Positions 11,063 to 11,144 of a DNA stretch of 11,144 nucleotides are shown here, piece by piece. Position 1 is the stretch's first letter. Every line of letters begins with the position of its first letter. The stretch spans positions 1-11,144 of the IMG/VR virus record IMGVR_UViG_3300027863_000702. One strand, written 5' to 3'. The stretch is from a virus. Position numbers and translations under genes: made by a program. The notes under the pieces were generated by a model. That model did no database searches. It was not told the DNA's origin and was given only the letters and a program-made list of their open reading frames with translations.

Positions 11063-11144
11063 GTTATTCGGTTTACCGAAAGTCTTAAAAAGTTCGGTTA
11101 ACTGCTTTAATGCATGGTTAACGAAGCAGAATTAAGAGACCGAA
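11018..11144. repeat. Terminal direct repeat, copy 2 (identical to 1-127)
   Basis: Same as copy 1. The repeat begins inside CDS 10646-11062 and ends 31 nt into a second copy of the 97-483 gene. Confidence 0.97.

Overview
The window is one complete, circularly closed genome unit. Bases 1-127 are identical to 11018-11144, so the unique unit is 11,017 bp. It is AT-rich, densely coding and mostly on the + strand. It reads as a miniature HK97-lineage (head-tailed type) virus or a capsid-forming satellite.

Genes I recognise by eye:
- Large terminase (5626-6906), preceded by an HNH endonuclease (5173-5526).
- Portal (7927-9012).
- DUF2190-like decoration protein (97-483), followed by an HK97-fold major capsid protein (485-1342).
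- Scaffold-like acidic coiled-coil protein (10381-10644).
- LamG/concanavalin-type lectin-domain protein (1660-2526).
- Poly-Q plus glycine-zipper protein after the portal (9017-10159).
- A block of very small DNA-binding proteins: RHH, two winged-helix-like, an OB-like protein and two zinc-ribbon miniproteins. The zinc-ribbon genes are absent from the ORF track.

I see no recognisable tail tube, sheath, tape measure or baseplate. I also see no prohead protease, integrase, Rep, polymerase, primase or helicase, and no tRNA, rRNA or CRISPR array.

The expression signals look archaeal. Four copies of ACCGAAA(G)-N-TWTAAAWA sit exactly 38-39 nt upstream of operon-first ATGs, which is BRE/TATA geometry with leaderless mRNAs. 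Internal genes carry GGAGGT-type Shine-Dalgarno sites and TAATG/ATGA coupling overlaps.

The most unusual part is the 750-nt non-coding region 4422-5172, between two divergent promoters that share TATAAATACA..CAC:
- An A/T-tract inverted repeat surrounds a 23-nt palindrome and looks like an origin or unwinding element.
- A G-rich block follows with four perfect or near-perfect hairpins.
- Two of these hairpins have unrelated stems (18 bp AT-rich, 11 bp GC-rich) but display the identical 19-nt loop GAGGGGGTTAGGGGGTGAA.
- There are six same-strand copies of AGGGGGT and eleven G4-G7 tracts on the + strand.

All functional calls are by-eye motif recognition and need HMM or structure searches.
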